From assembly GCA_023423015.1 (NCBI GenBank), contig JAFAGE010000298.1, positions 1 to 31,126 of the forward strand: 31,126 bases of DNA, in the 5' to 3' direction. How positions within the stretch are numbered: the first letter of the stretch is position 1; each line of letters starts with the position of its first letter. Shown piece after piece: positions 1 to 8,385 of this stretch. Made by a program: the position numbers and the translations under genes. A model generated the notes under the pieces. The model saw only the letters and a program-made list of their open reading frames with translations, was not told where the DNA came from and did no database searches. Source of the stretch: Bacteroidota bacterium (GTDB lineage: Bacteria; Bacteroidota; Bacteroidia; Chitinophagales; Chitinophagaceae).

Positions 1-769
1 GTATTGCATTGCGTAATGCGTCAAGGTCTACTACCTCTCCCCTTGCATAGTTGATGAGTATCGAACCAGGCTTGAAGTTTTTGAGCAGCTGCTTGTTGAT
101 CATGTTTTTTGTTGCCGGTGTTTCCGGAACATGGAGAGTAATGACATCGGCCTGGCCAACGAGTTCTTTGAGCGACTTACAGGCGGAGGCATTACCCAAT
201 GGGAGTTTTGTAATTACGTCGTAGAAGATCACCTTCATGCCAAGGCCTTCAGCAAGTATACTCACCTGCGTTCCGATATTCCCGTAACCAATAATACCGA
301 GCGTTTTACCCCGCAGCTCGTAGCTTCCCTTGGCATCTTTCATCCATTTGCCGTCGTGTGCAGCTTTGTTCTTGTCGGGGATACGGCGTATCAGGAAGAT
401 CGACGAGGCCATTACGAGTTCGGCCACCGATCTTGTATTTGAATAAGGAGCATTAAAAACAACTACGCCCTTTTTCCTGGCGTATTTCAGGTCTACCTGG
501 TTGGTGCCAATACAGAAACAACCGATTGCCTGGAGTTTCTGTGCCGCATCGAGCACTTTAGCAGTAATCTGGGTTTTGGAACGGATGCCAAGAAGGTGAA
601 CATCTTTGATTTCTTTGATGAGATCTTCCTCAGAAAGTGCGCCGGTATACTTCTTCACCGACGAGTAACCTTGCTCTTTAAAAAACTTAACAGCGGTGTC
701 GCTGATATTTTCGAGAAACAATACATTGATCTTTTCTTTGGGATAGCTCGTATTTTTTGTTTCGTTCAT
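1..769 (-). CDS. serA: D-3-phosphoglycerate dehydrogenase, 5' part (continues past the left window edge; absent from the ORF track)
   Basis: Manual translation from ATG at 769: MNETKNTSYPKEKINVLFLENIS...LLGIRSKTQIT...IGCFCIGTNQVDL...FNAPYSNTRSVAELV...GKTLGIIGYGNIG (Rossmann GxGxxG)...LHVPET...INYARGEVVD. These are typical SerA motifs. Confidence 0.95.
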   Translation of the reverse strand, partial: MNETKNTSYPKEKINVLFLENISDTAVKFFKEQGYSSVKKYTGALSEEDLIKEIKDVHLLGIRSKTQITAKVLDAAQKLQAIGCFCIGTNQVDLKYARKKGVVVFNAPYSNTRSVAELVMASSIFLIRRIPDKNKAAHDGKWMKDAKGSYELRGKTLGIIGYGNIGTQVSILAEGLGMKVIFYDVITKLPLGNASACKSLKELVGQADVITLHVPETPATKNMINKQLLKNFKPGSILINYARGEVVDLDALRNAI

Positions 770-850
770 AATTAAGCCGTTGGTATTGCGTTTATTCCGG
801 TATAAGATTTGCAAAGATGACCCAGAAATTTTGAACAGACAAAAGAGGTA

Positions 851-858
851 TATCTTTG
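851..858 (+). promoter_or_regulatory. Bacteroidota sigma-70 -7 element (TATCTTTG) for the serine hydrolase gene
   Basis: Exact TAnnTTTG match. It overlaps the TTG start at 856 used by the ORF track, which argues for a downstream start. Confidence 0.6.
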
Positions 859-885
859 AGCGTCAAGAAAGTAAAATTTTTCCTT

Positions 886-2100
886 TTGAAAAACCTATTC
901 GTCGTACTTGCGGCAATCGGAATTTGTGGATGTGGCGGACAGGCGAAAACCCCTCCTGAATCTTCCAATATCAATGCTGTACGGGTTAGCAGTTCTATCC
1001 CTACTACACAACTCAGGCACTATAAAACAGAGGTTGAAAGATTTGTAGACAGCGTATTTGGCAATGGCCGGTTTAATGGTTCGATACTGGTAGCCAAAAA
1101 CGGGGAAGTTATCTATGAAAAATATTCGGGCTTTCGTAATCCCCGGGTAAAAACCGATTCCATCTCTCCTTCCACGCCTTTTCATCTTGCTTCGGTTTCA
1201 AAAACCTTCACAGCGATGGCCATTTTGAAACTGCAGGAAGAAGGTAAACTCAACATCAACGACGAAATCACAAAATACTTCCCTGGAGTTCCGCTTCCGG
1301 GTGTTACTATAAAGTCTTTACTGAACCATCGCTCCGGCATCCCGAATTATGTTCACTACATGGAGCGGCTTGGCTGGGACCGCAACCGGCAAATGACAAA
1401 CCAGGACGTGCTCGATTTTATCAAAGCCCGCCGTAATGAGATTCAGATCGGACCACCAGACCGCAGGTTCAGCTATTCCAACACGAATTATGCATTGCTG
1501 GCGCTCATCATAGAGAAAGTGACAGGTCAGACTTTCCCCGAATACATGCGTATCGCTTTTTTCAGTCCGCTGGGTATGAACGACACCTATGTGTTCACTA
1601 TGGCCGACAGCTCGCGCTTTCTTCAGTCTTATTTCTCCAGCGGCCGGCAATACGCGTTCGACTACCTCGACCAGGTTTATGGCGATAAAAATATATACAG
1701 TACCGTGCGCGACATGCTTAAGTGGGATCGTGCATTATATGCGGGAACCTGGTTCAAACAATCAACCCTCGATTCAGCATTTGTGGGGTATAGTTTCGAA
1801 AAGCCGGGGATCAATAACTATGGACTAGGCTGGAGGATGTTTGCCCTGAAAAGCGGAAAGAAATTCGTTTATCACAATGGATGGTGGCACGGAAACCGCA
1901 CCGCATTTTATCGTTTACCCGATGACAGCGTAAGCATTATCGCATTCAGTAACAACGACTATACGCGGGTTTATTCATGTAAAAATATAGCTGATATATT
2001 CGGACCATACTTCCGCACTACCGAAGAAGAAATCGAATCAGACGACACCGAAAATACCGTAAAGGCAGCCTCACCCGACTCCGGAAACGAAAAGAAGTAA
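886..2100 (+). CDS. Serine hydrolase, beta-lactamase class C/AmpH-like family, predicted lipoprotein
   Basis: SxxK (ASVSK), LLNHRSG, YxN (YSN) and HxG (HNG) motifs. TTG at 886 gives a clean lipoprotein signal MKNLFVVLAAIGICGC; the ORF track start is 856. Acidic low-complexity C-terminal tail. Confidence 0.85.
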   Translation: MKNLFVVLAAIGICGCGGQAKTPPESSNINAVRVSSSIPTTQLRHYKTEVERFVDSVFGNGRFNGSILVAKNGEVIYEKYSGFRNPRVKTDSISPSTPFHLASVSKTFTAMAILKLQEEGKLNINDEITKYFPGVPLPGVTIKSLLNHRSGIPNYVHYMERLGWDRNRQMTNQDVLDFIKARRNEIQIGPPDRRFSYSNTNYALLALIIEKVTGQTFPEYMRIAFFSPLGMNDTYVFTMADSSRFLQSYFSSGRQYAFDYLDQVYGDKNIYSTVRDMLKWDRALYAGTWFKQSTLDSAFVGYSFEKPGINNYGLGWRMFALKSGKKFVYHNGWWHGNRTAFYRLPDDSVSIIAFSNNDYTRVYSCKNIADIFGPYFRTTEEEIESDDTENTVKAASPDSGNEKK

Positions 2101-2102
2101 GG

Positions 2103-2130
2103 CTCACCTCTCACCGCTGACCTCTCACTT
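2103..2130. repeat. Tandem heptamer array, 4 units, consensus CTCACCN
   Basis: ctcacct-ctcaccg-ctgacct-ctcactt. It fills the gap between convergent genes, and the last unit contains the TGA stop (2125-2127) of the minus-strand gene. Confidence 0.8.
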
Positions 2131-3018
2131 CACATACGTGAGCATCCATTCATAGATATTCTTTCCATCCTCTTTGTATTCGGGACTGGTGCCGCGCGTC
2201 CAGCTGTCGTGGTTACTCTTGCCTTCGGGTATGTCGAAGGTGGTAAAGCGTGGCTGTATGGTGGGATTAAGACTTTTAAATACTTTGATGTATTCTTCCG
2301 CTTCCGCATAAGGCCAGGCCTGATCGTCGCGGTTGTGGAAGTGCCAGATGGGCAGGTTAGCATCCACCATGGTTTGGCATTTCTCCGTAAGGTCAGACGT
2401 CATCTGCGGTAATCCGCCAAACGTAACCAACGCAGCAAAGGGTTCAGCCCGCTGTCCTGCATAATTGGCTACCTGGCGTCCGCCCAGGCTTGCGCCAGTA
2501 AGATAAATGCGGTTTGTATCAACGCGGAAATGCGATTTAACATAATTCAGCAGCCTGAACATTTCTACATTCAACACATCCTTACGCAATTGTGGAGCAA
2601 TTACAATAAATGAGAAACGTTCGCCATCTACTTCGAAAGTGGGCGGAAATTTCTTCTCGTTCAACAATTTAGGAATACCCATCCGCAGGATCTTACCCAG
2701 GTCGGTGCTGCCATTTCCATATTGGCCACCACCGTGCAGGTCGATAATCATCGGGTAAGTTTCCCCGCTGGAATCATATTTCGACGGTAATGCCTGGTAA
2801 TATCCTAAAATATTGTCGCTGATAGAATCCGTAACCGGGGTGAGCACCGGCGGCTCCGTTTCAAGCAACTTCTCCGGTGGCGGAGGTGGTGCTTCGTGCG
2901 CTGGAGGTGGTGCAGGAGGAGGTGCCGGGGTAACAATATGCTTCTTACAAGCAGTGAACATTACCACAACAACAACAAAATGAGCTAAATACGAAAAAAG
3001 TCTCGGAATAGAGTTCAT
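2125..3018 (-). CDS. Alpha/beta-hydrolase lipoprotein (predicted esterase/peptidase, COG4099-like) with proline-rich linker
   Basis: Lipobox FTAC, linker PAPPPAPPPAHEAPPPPPE, oxyanion motif LHGGG, nucleophile GASLG (GxSxG), FHNRDD (Asp) and NHDSW (His). Confidence 0.75.
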   Translation of the reverse strand: MNSIPRLFSYLAHFVVVVVMFTACKKHIVTPAPPPAPPPAHEAPPPPPEKLLETEPPVLTPVTDSISDNILGYYQALPSKYDSSGETYPMIIDLHGGGQYGNGSTDLGKILRMGIPKLLNEKKFPPTFEVDGERFSFIVIAPQLRKDVLNVEMFRLLNYVKSHFRVDTNRIYLTGASLGGRQVANYAGQRAEPFAALVTFGGLPQMTSDLTEKCQTMVDANLPIWHFHNRDDQAWPYAEAEEYIKVFKSLNPTIQPRFTTFDIPEGKSNHDSWTRGTSPEYKEDGKNIYEWMLTYVK

Positions 3019-3113
3019 TAACTTACAGAATTCTCTCGTGTTTACGCAATAAATATACCGAAGTCTAATATGTTAGAGCTTTTCTCAATACGTAGAAATT
3101 ATTAAAATTTCGT

Positions 3114-4130
3114 TTAGGCGTGGTGGAACTCGATCCCCAGGCCGGGATTGTCAGACACGCGTACCGTACCGCTGGAGTAGGTAAGGCCGGATGCAATGTC
3201 TTCTGCTAACAGTAATGGACCATCGATATCTGCATGATCAACCGCGGGAAGCAGGTGGGCAATTGCAGCTGAACCGATAGTGGTTTCGTTCATGCTTCCC
3301 AACATCACCTGCAAATTTAGCTCGCGTGCTTTCTTTATCATGCGTCGTGCCGGCGTTATGCCTCCGCACTTAGTGAGTTTGATATTTATACCGTGAAAGT
3401 AGTTGGCGCATTTTTCTACATCTTCTTCCCTAACACACGATTCATCGGCAATAATCGGTAACGGCGACGATTGATACAACTCCTGCATTTGATCCCAATT
3501 GTCTACAGCCAGTGGCTGCTCCACAAATTCCACGTCAAGATCCCTGAGTTCGATGATCAGTTGCCGTGCTTCCTCCAGATTCCATGCAGCGTTTGCATCA
3601 ACGCGGATACGTGCCGAAGTACGTTCGCGGATCGCTTTCAGGATTAGCAGGTCTTCGTGCGTTCCTAACTTAATCTTATAAATCGGCCATGGATTTTTCT
3701 CCATTTTATCGAGCATATTGCCGAGCGTATCGATTCCAATGGTGTAGTCAGTTAATGGCGCCTTGCTGAAATCAAGTCTCCACATACGGTACAGTGGTTG
3801 ACGGCGTAATTTGCCATACAGGTCCCAGGCTGCAATGTCGAGCGCGCAAACGAGAAAGTTGTTGTTCGGAAAAACGTGATGCAGGTAATGCCAGTAGCGT
3901 TCAGGTTCGGTGAATGCGTATTTCTCCACCATTGCCTTCTTCTCTTCAAGATCACTAGCCATTTTTTCTACCGGAATATGATAGTACGTGATGGCAGGTG
4001 CTTCGCCATAACCTTTCACACCCATGTGTTCCAATTCAACTACAAATATTGGTTGATGGGTTTTTGTTCCTCGCGAAATGGTGAACGGATAAACAAACGG
4101 AAGATTGTATGTCCAGTAACGCACTTTCAT
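3114..4130 (-). CDS. Dipeptide epimerase (L-Ala-D/L-Glu epimerase-like, enolase superfamily MLE subgroup)
   Basis: FTISRG N-terminus, GYGEA, KxK (YKIKLG), metal ligands DAN, EQP and DES, NIKLTKCGG, and C-terminal DxDG (DIDG). Confidence 0.9.
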   Translation of the reverse strand: MKVRYWTYNLPFVYPFTISRGTKTHQPIFVVELEHMGVKGYGEAPAITYYHIPVEKMASDLEEKKAMVEKYAFTEPERYWHYLHHVFPNNNFLVCALDIAAWDLYGKLRRQPLYRMWRLDFSKAPLTDYTIGIDTLGNMLDKMEKNPWPIYKIKLGTHEDLLILKAIRERTSARIRVDANAAWNLEEARQLIIELRDLDVEFVEQPLAVDNWDQMQELYQSSPLPIIADESCVREEDVEKCANYFHGINIKLTKCGGITPARRMIKKARELNLQVMLGSMNETTIGSAAIAHLLPAVDHADIDGPLLLAEDIASGLTYSSGTVRVSDNPGLGIEFHHA

Positions 4131-6847
4131 CGGCCGCTCGCCTCAACATATTTTTTTATTTCGTGGTTGAACTCGTGTTCTTTTATCAGTTGCTCAAGTG
4201 GTATATGCATCCGGTAACGCCAATAATAAAATGGGATTGCAGGCACGTTGATTCGCTCCGATTCATGATCATTGCGGCGCACTTTTTCATCCATTGCCAA
4301 CAGATCCTGCAACTGGAATATGCTCCACATTGCGGGCGAGTTGAGATGTTGGAGTATGATTGCCTTGCTTATCCATGCTTCACAGGTCGCTGGTGCTTCT
4401 CCCTGCTGATGCAATATCGTATTGAAAAATTTCTGTGTCACCTGCGGGTTCTCTTCCCACCACGAACGAATGGGACTCATGTCGTGCGTAGAAGGCGTTA
4501 CCACCGATAGGTATGGAGCCGATGCCGGATGAAAGAACTCCTGGTTCATATCTTTCGGCATGCGCTGAATCTCCAGGCTCAATATTCCCAGAAGCTTCAT
4601 TAATTCAGGAACGGGACGCGGAACCATACCAAGATCTTCACCACATATCAGCATGTTTGTCGACTTCTTCAGCGATGGCAATTTTTTCATTGCCTCTTTT
4701 CTCCAGAATTCATCCTGGCGATGATAGAAATAATCATTGTACATCGCCTTCAGCTGCTGTTGCATGTTCCAGTCGAGATGCCTGAAGCTGGTGGTATGTT
4801 CAATGGATATTCTGAAATGAAATTGCTGGCCGTTAGAATTCTTCACTTCAAACAACAGTACATTCGATATCAGTTCATACAAACCATCGCGGATTCGCTG
4901 GTTGTCGGCTGTATCTTCCAGCTTGCTGAAGTGTTCTTCCACTTTTCTTTGTGTGTTGTATTCGTCGAGCAAATTGTAGTGATGGTTGCCGACAAACGAG
5001 AGATAAGGGAGAAACTTCTCTTTATTGGGGCCGAACAGTTCCCACAACACAGCATCGGTAATATAAGGTTTGCAGAACCTGTGATAGTTGAACCACATCC
5101 CGCGCTGCGAAAATTCGTACACGTGAACGGGCAATGCAGGCTCGAAATACCCCATAATACCCTGCACAGATTCAATCGGGATGTTCCAGATCCGGAAGAA
5201 GCCTAAAATGTGATCGATGCGGAAGGCATCGAAGTATTTAGCCATCTGTTCGAAGCGGCGTTTCCACCATTCAAATCCATCGTGCGCCATCTTCTCCCAG
5301 TTGTAAGTGGGAAAGCCCCAGTTTTGTCCCTTCACTGCAAAATCATCGGGTGGTGCTCCCGACTGAAGGTTCATGTTGAACAGGTCCGGACTCATCCATG
5401 CTTCACAACTCTGGCGGCTTACACCTATAGGAATATCACCTTTGATGATCACACAGTTTTTGTGTGCATAGTCAACGGCATTTTTTAGTTGCAGGTGCAG
5501 GTGATACTGCAGGAAATATATAAATGCGATGTTTTCGTAGTGCTTCGCTTTTGTGGATACATACTTCTCAATCGCAGCCTTGTCGTATGAACTATAGATT
5601 TTCCATTTTGTGAAATCAGCTGTTCCATTACGATCGCGTAGGTACGAGAATGCGGCATAAGGAACCAGCCAGTCTTTGTTGTCTTCAAAGTATGCTTTGA
5701 AATCTTTGTCGTTCAGGAATTTTGATTTCTGAACTTCAAACAATTCTTTGGCTGCAGACAACTTAAATTTCAGCACCTGTTCGTAATCAACATCAGCAAG
5801 TTCATTCAGCTGCTTTTGCTTTTTCTTAAGCGATTTGATGATATGGGCATCGTGTTTACCTGCAACTTCTTCGAGGTTCAGGTAAATCGGGTGCAATGCA
5901 AATGCAGATATGGCAGAATACGGATACGAATCGCGCCAGGTATAAGTGGTGATGGTATCGTTAACGGGCAAGAGCTGAATCAGCTTAAGACCAACCTTTG
6001 AAGCCCAGTCGACCAATAACTTCAGATCGGTGAACTCCCCTACTCCAAACGAATCCTTACTGCGAAGGCTGAATACGGGAATACTTACACCCGCACCTTT
6101 CCATGTATCGTTAGGTACGCGAACAAAACCATCGTGGATGATGCTGATTTTTTTCGAAGCCGGCACATTGTTAAGCGTTCGGTTGTCCCCGTGTTCGAAC
6201 TGCACCACTTTCTTCTCCTCTATATTATAAACACCATATTTATAAATGAGGGGGAACGAACCTTCGGGCAGTTCTACTTTAAGGGTCCACCATCCTTTTT
6301 CTTTTGCAAGCAGCAACACCGAATCTGTATTCCACGAGCCTGTTTCCACTGCATTACCCGAAAGAAAAACGATTTCGTTTTTATTAAGTAAGGGAGCCTT
6401 TACCCGGAATATGTGGGTTAATACACGTGGCGACTTCGTTTTGAAGCGCGTTTCATTGGCAGTGAGGAGAACCTCCTGGAATGGGTCGGTAGAAAATACA
6501 TTGTCGTATTGGCCCGGCACATTCCACGTGTCAATGAGTTCCAGTTCTTCCAATCCAGCCTTAGAAGTGTCGGCCACGCGGTCGTGTCCGCCTTCTTCGA
6601 GCCACTCCCCGGTGGCCGATTTAAATAGATAGCTGTATTGAAAAACAGGGGTTGCGGATGCGTCTATTTCAAGAACACCGTGCCAGAAATCGTTGTTGAG
6701 ATAGGACAACGCAAACGACTTCTCGTAGTTGTTGTTTCCAAGCTCCTCGATATTTCCTGTCACATGCATAGATTCACCCGGATGGGTGAAGTAGCGTATA
6801 TAAAAATGAATCTTCAACGTTTTTCCTAAAGAGCGCGAATGTAACAC
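4127..6847 (-). CDS. malQ: 4-alpha-glucanotransferase (GH77) with two N-terminal CBM20 modules, DPE2-like architecture
   Basis: Two CBM20-like repeats (VTGNIEELGN; LSGNAVETGSW...YKY), FGVGEFTDL, SYPYSAISAFAL, GAPPDDF, QNWGFP, and catalytic RIDH, GEDLG, STHD with a long insertion between RIDH and EDLG. Start uncertain: GTG 6847 or TTG 6817. Confidence 0.93.
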   Translation of the reverse strand: MLHSRSLGKTLKIHFYIRYFTHPGESMHVTGNIEELGNNNYEKSFALSYLNNDFWHGVLEIDASATPVFQYSYLFKSATGEWLEEGGHDRVADTSKAGLEELELIDTWNVPGQYDNVFSTDPFQEVLLTANETRFKTKSPRVLTHIFRVKAPLLNKNEIVFLSGNAVETGSWNTDSVLLLAKEKGWWTLKVELPEGSFPLIYKYGVYNIEEKKVVQFEHGDNRTLNNVPASKKISIIHDGFVRVPNDTWKGAGVSIPVFSLRSKDSFGVGEFTDLKLLVDWASKVGLKLIQLLPVNDTITTYTWRDSYPYSAISAFALHPIYLNLEEVAGKHDAHIIKSLKKKQKQLNELADVDYEQVLKFKLSAAKELFEVQKSKFLNDKDFKAYFEDNKDWLVPYAAFSYLRDRNGTADFTKWKIYSSYDKAAIEKYVSTKAKHYENIAFIYFLQYHLHLQLKNAVDYAHKNCVIIKGDIPIGVSRQSCEAWMSPDLFNMNLQSGAPPDDFAVKGQNWGFPTYNWEKMAHDGFEWWKRRFEQMAKYFDAFRIDHILGFFRIWNIPIESVQGIMGYFEPALPVHVYEFSQRGMWFNYHRFCKPYITDAVLWELFGPNKEKFLPYLSFVGNHHYNLLDEYNTQRKVEEHFSKLEDTADNQRIRDGLYELISNVLLFEVKNSNGQQFHFRISIEHTTSFRHLDWNMQQQLKAMYNDYFYHRQDEFWRKEAMKKLPSLKKSTNMLICGEDLGMVPRPVPELMKLLGILSLEIQRMPKDMNQEFFHPASAPYLSVVTPSTHDMSPIRSWWEENPQVTQKFFNTILHQQGEAPATCEAWISKAIILQHLNSPAMWSIFQLQDLLAMDEKVRRNDHESERINVPAIPFYYWRYRMHIPLEQLIKEHEFNHEIKKYVEASGR

Positions 6848-6896
6848 TATTGTCCTTATGTCTGTTTTTGTATTATTTTCGCCGTAAAATTAACCA

Positions 6897-7052
6897 ATGG
6901 AAACGACCAGAAAACAAACTACCCTATACTGGCTCATATTTTTTGCTTCAGTCGCAGCATTCGTTCTCACACTTATGTTCAAAGGTGAATTGGTTACGCT
7001 TACGCTTCCATTCATCTGCACTTCCTTCGCAAAAGCAATGGATATCCTGTAA
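6897..7052 (+). CDS. Small (51 aa) hydrophobic protein with two predicted membrane segments, unknown function; below the ORF-track cutoff
   Basis: METTRKQTTLYWLIFFASVAAFVLTLMFKGELVTLTLPFICTSFAKAMDIL*. It fills an otherwise empty gap, has a basic N-terminus then hydrophobic helices, and has a near-consensus -7 box TATTTTCG at 6874-6881. Confidence 0.75.
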   Translation: METTRKQTTLYWLIFFASVAAFVLTLMFKGELVTLTLPFICTSFAKAMDIL

Positions 7053-7072
7053 GGGATAAAAAATATACCAGA

Positions 7073-8239
7073 CTACCTGGTTATCTCCAATGATTGTTTG
7101 AGTTTGATGGCAACCTCTTTGCCGTGGCGGGTGGCGGGCGTCCATTCGGGCATGTTCTCGAATTTTTCCTGCAGCAGGTCGTTCATTTCGTCATTGCCGC
7201 CCCTGATCACCTTCGCATATGCTGGTTTGCCTGCCTTATCGATGATGAATTCAATCATCACAAAAGTTTTAGATTGATTTGGCTCCAGGTACTTCGCAAG
7301 TTCTTTGCTGGTGTTATCGAGAAATTGTTGAAATCCTTCCATACCGCCCGGGTATGCGGGAAGTTTATCTACAACCGTTGCGAGTTGCGACTCATCAAAA
7401 TCAAGCAAAGCCCTGCGTTTATTCCGGGAAGCAACAACAGGTTCCGGTTCGGGTTCTGTGGGCATATTGGCCACAATATATTGCCCTTTTGAACTGGTCA
7501 TCACTACCGGTAATTTCTTCGTCTTCTGGAAATACGAATATGCTTTCTTCAGCTCGCGGCACAGGTTCATGTACTCCGGAAATTGCCTGATATACCTGCT
7601 TAAATATGCGGAGCTCTTATCGTTGTCGAAGTCGACGGGAAAGATATGCACGGGGATAAAATCCTGGCCATGCGAGTGGGCATATGCTGCGAGCAGATAT
7701 AGTTCTTCTATCTGGGAATCGTTGATGGGAATACAACCAGACGTTACACACCGTCCATGGATGTAAATATCTCCTCCCGGTAACAATGAATCAGCAAGAA
7801 TTCTGTCTGAAGCATTGGGGTAGTTCAACCCAAGTGAAAGGTGAAAGTTACTCCTGGGATTGAATTCATTGATGTGGTAAAAACCTTCCGGAACCTGGTA
7901 GTCGCCCTGCATACGTTTGGGCCCGAGCGTACCAGCCAGCGCGCACACCTTGTACGATTTGAACAGGGTATATTGATCCTTTCCGGGTTGTTTTACCCAC
8001 ACTTCAAGACGGCTATCGAATTTGAAACTTCTCAGGTAAATATTTTCGGCAGGCCACCGGAGATTCTTTTGCCTGAACTGGCGGTAAAGTGTATCAATCT
8101 TACGCTTCATTGCATCGTTGATCCTGGGGAAACTACGCTGATACTCAATAAAATTATAGTAGGGTTTGACGGCAGACTGCGCAAACAATACAACAGGGAG
8201 GGATATCACCAGTAAAATAAAAACTGCCTTCTTCATCAT
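7073..8239 (-). CDS. Secreted YkuD-fold L,D-transpeptidase-family protein (YafK/DpaA-like) fused to a C-terminal TonB_C-like domain
   Basis: Signal peptide MMKKAVFILL...LFA|Q; LGPKRMQGDYQVPEGFY, LSLGLNYPN and catalytic IHGRCVTSGC; EPEPEP linker; then VDKLPAYPGG...FIIDKAGK...WTPA...GKEVAIK, typical of Bacteroidota TonB_C. ORF track start is GTG 8251. Confidence 0.85.
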   Translation of the reverse strand: MMKKAVFILLVISLPVVLFAQSAVKPYYNFIEYQRSFPRINDAMKRKIDTLYRQFRQKNLRWPAENIYLRSFKFDSRLEVWVKQPGKDQYTLFKSYKVCALAGTLGPKRMQGDYQVPEGFYHINEFNPRSNFHLSLGLNYPNASDRILADSLLPGGDIYIHGRCVTSGCIPINDSQIEELYLLAAYAHSHGQDFIPVHIFPVDFDNDKSSAYLSRYIRQFPEYMNLCRELKKAYSYFQKTKKLPVVMTSSKGQYIVANMPTEPEPEPVVASRNKRRALLDFDESQLATVVDKLPAYPGGMEGFQQFLDNTSKELAKYLEPNQSKTFVMIEFIIDKAGKPAYAKVIRGGNDEMNDLLQEKFENMPEWTPATRHGKEVAIKLKQSLEITR

Positions 8240-8385
8240 TCGTAAGTACACTGTATAGGGTTAAACGCAAATACAGGGAAAAAATTCTTTATCTCCTGAA
8301 CGCTTAAGATAAAATTATTGTAAATGAACGTTGTTGTAAAACCAAGGTTATGTACAGGTGGGGATAAGTGCCAAACCCCCGGGCT

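Noticed and set aside
131..442. 103-aa plus-strand ORF in the track
   Set aside because: Antisense shadow of serA, which the track missed because its stop lies outside the window.
886..2100. Calling this gene an antibiotic-resistance beta-lactamase
   Set aside because: SxxK/YxN/HxG motifs are shared by many esterases and peptidases of this fold; nothing specific to AmpC (such as KTG) and no mobile context.
2484..2500. TGAS in the alpha/beta-hydrolase as an ApbE flavinylation site
   Set aside because: It is the GxSxG nucleophile elbow and lacks the upstream Asp of Dxx[ST]GA[ST].
3061..3113. Short inverted repeats (TCTAA-N4-TTAGA; GAAATT-N5-AATTTC) as terminator or operator
   Set aside because: Arms are only 5-6 bp and AT-rich, too weak to support a call.
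6850..7145. Track ORFs 6850..7059 (+) and 6948..7145 (-)
   Set aside because: Both overlap the better-supported 51-aa ORF at 6897..7052; the first starts upstream of the promoter box and the second starts inside the neighbouring gene.
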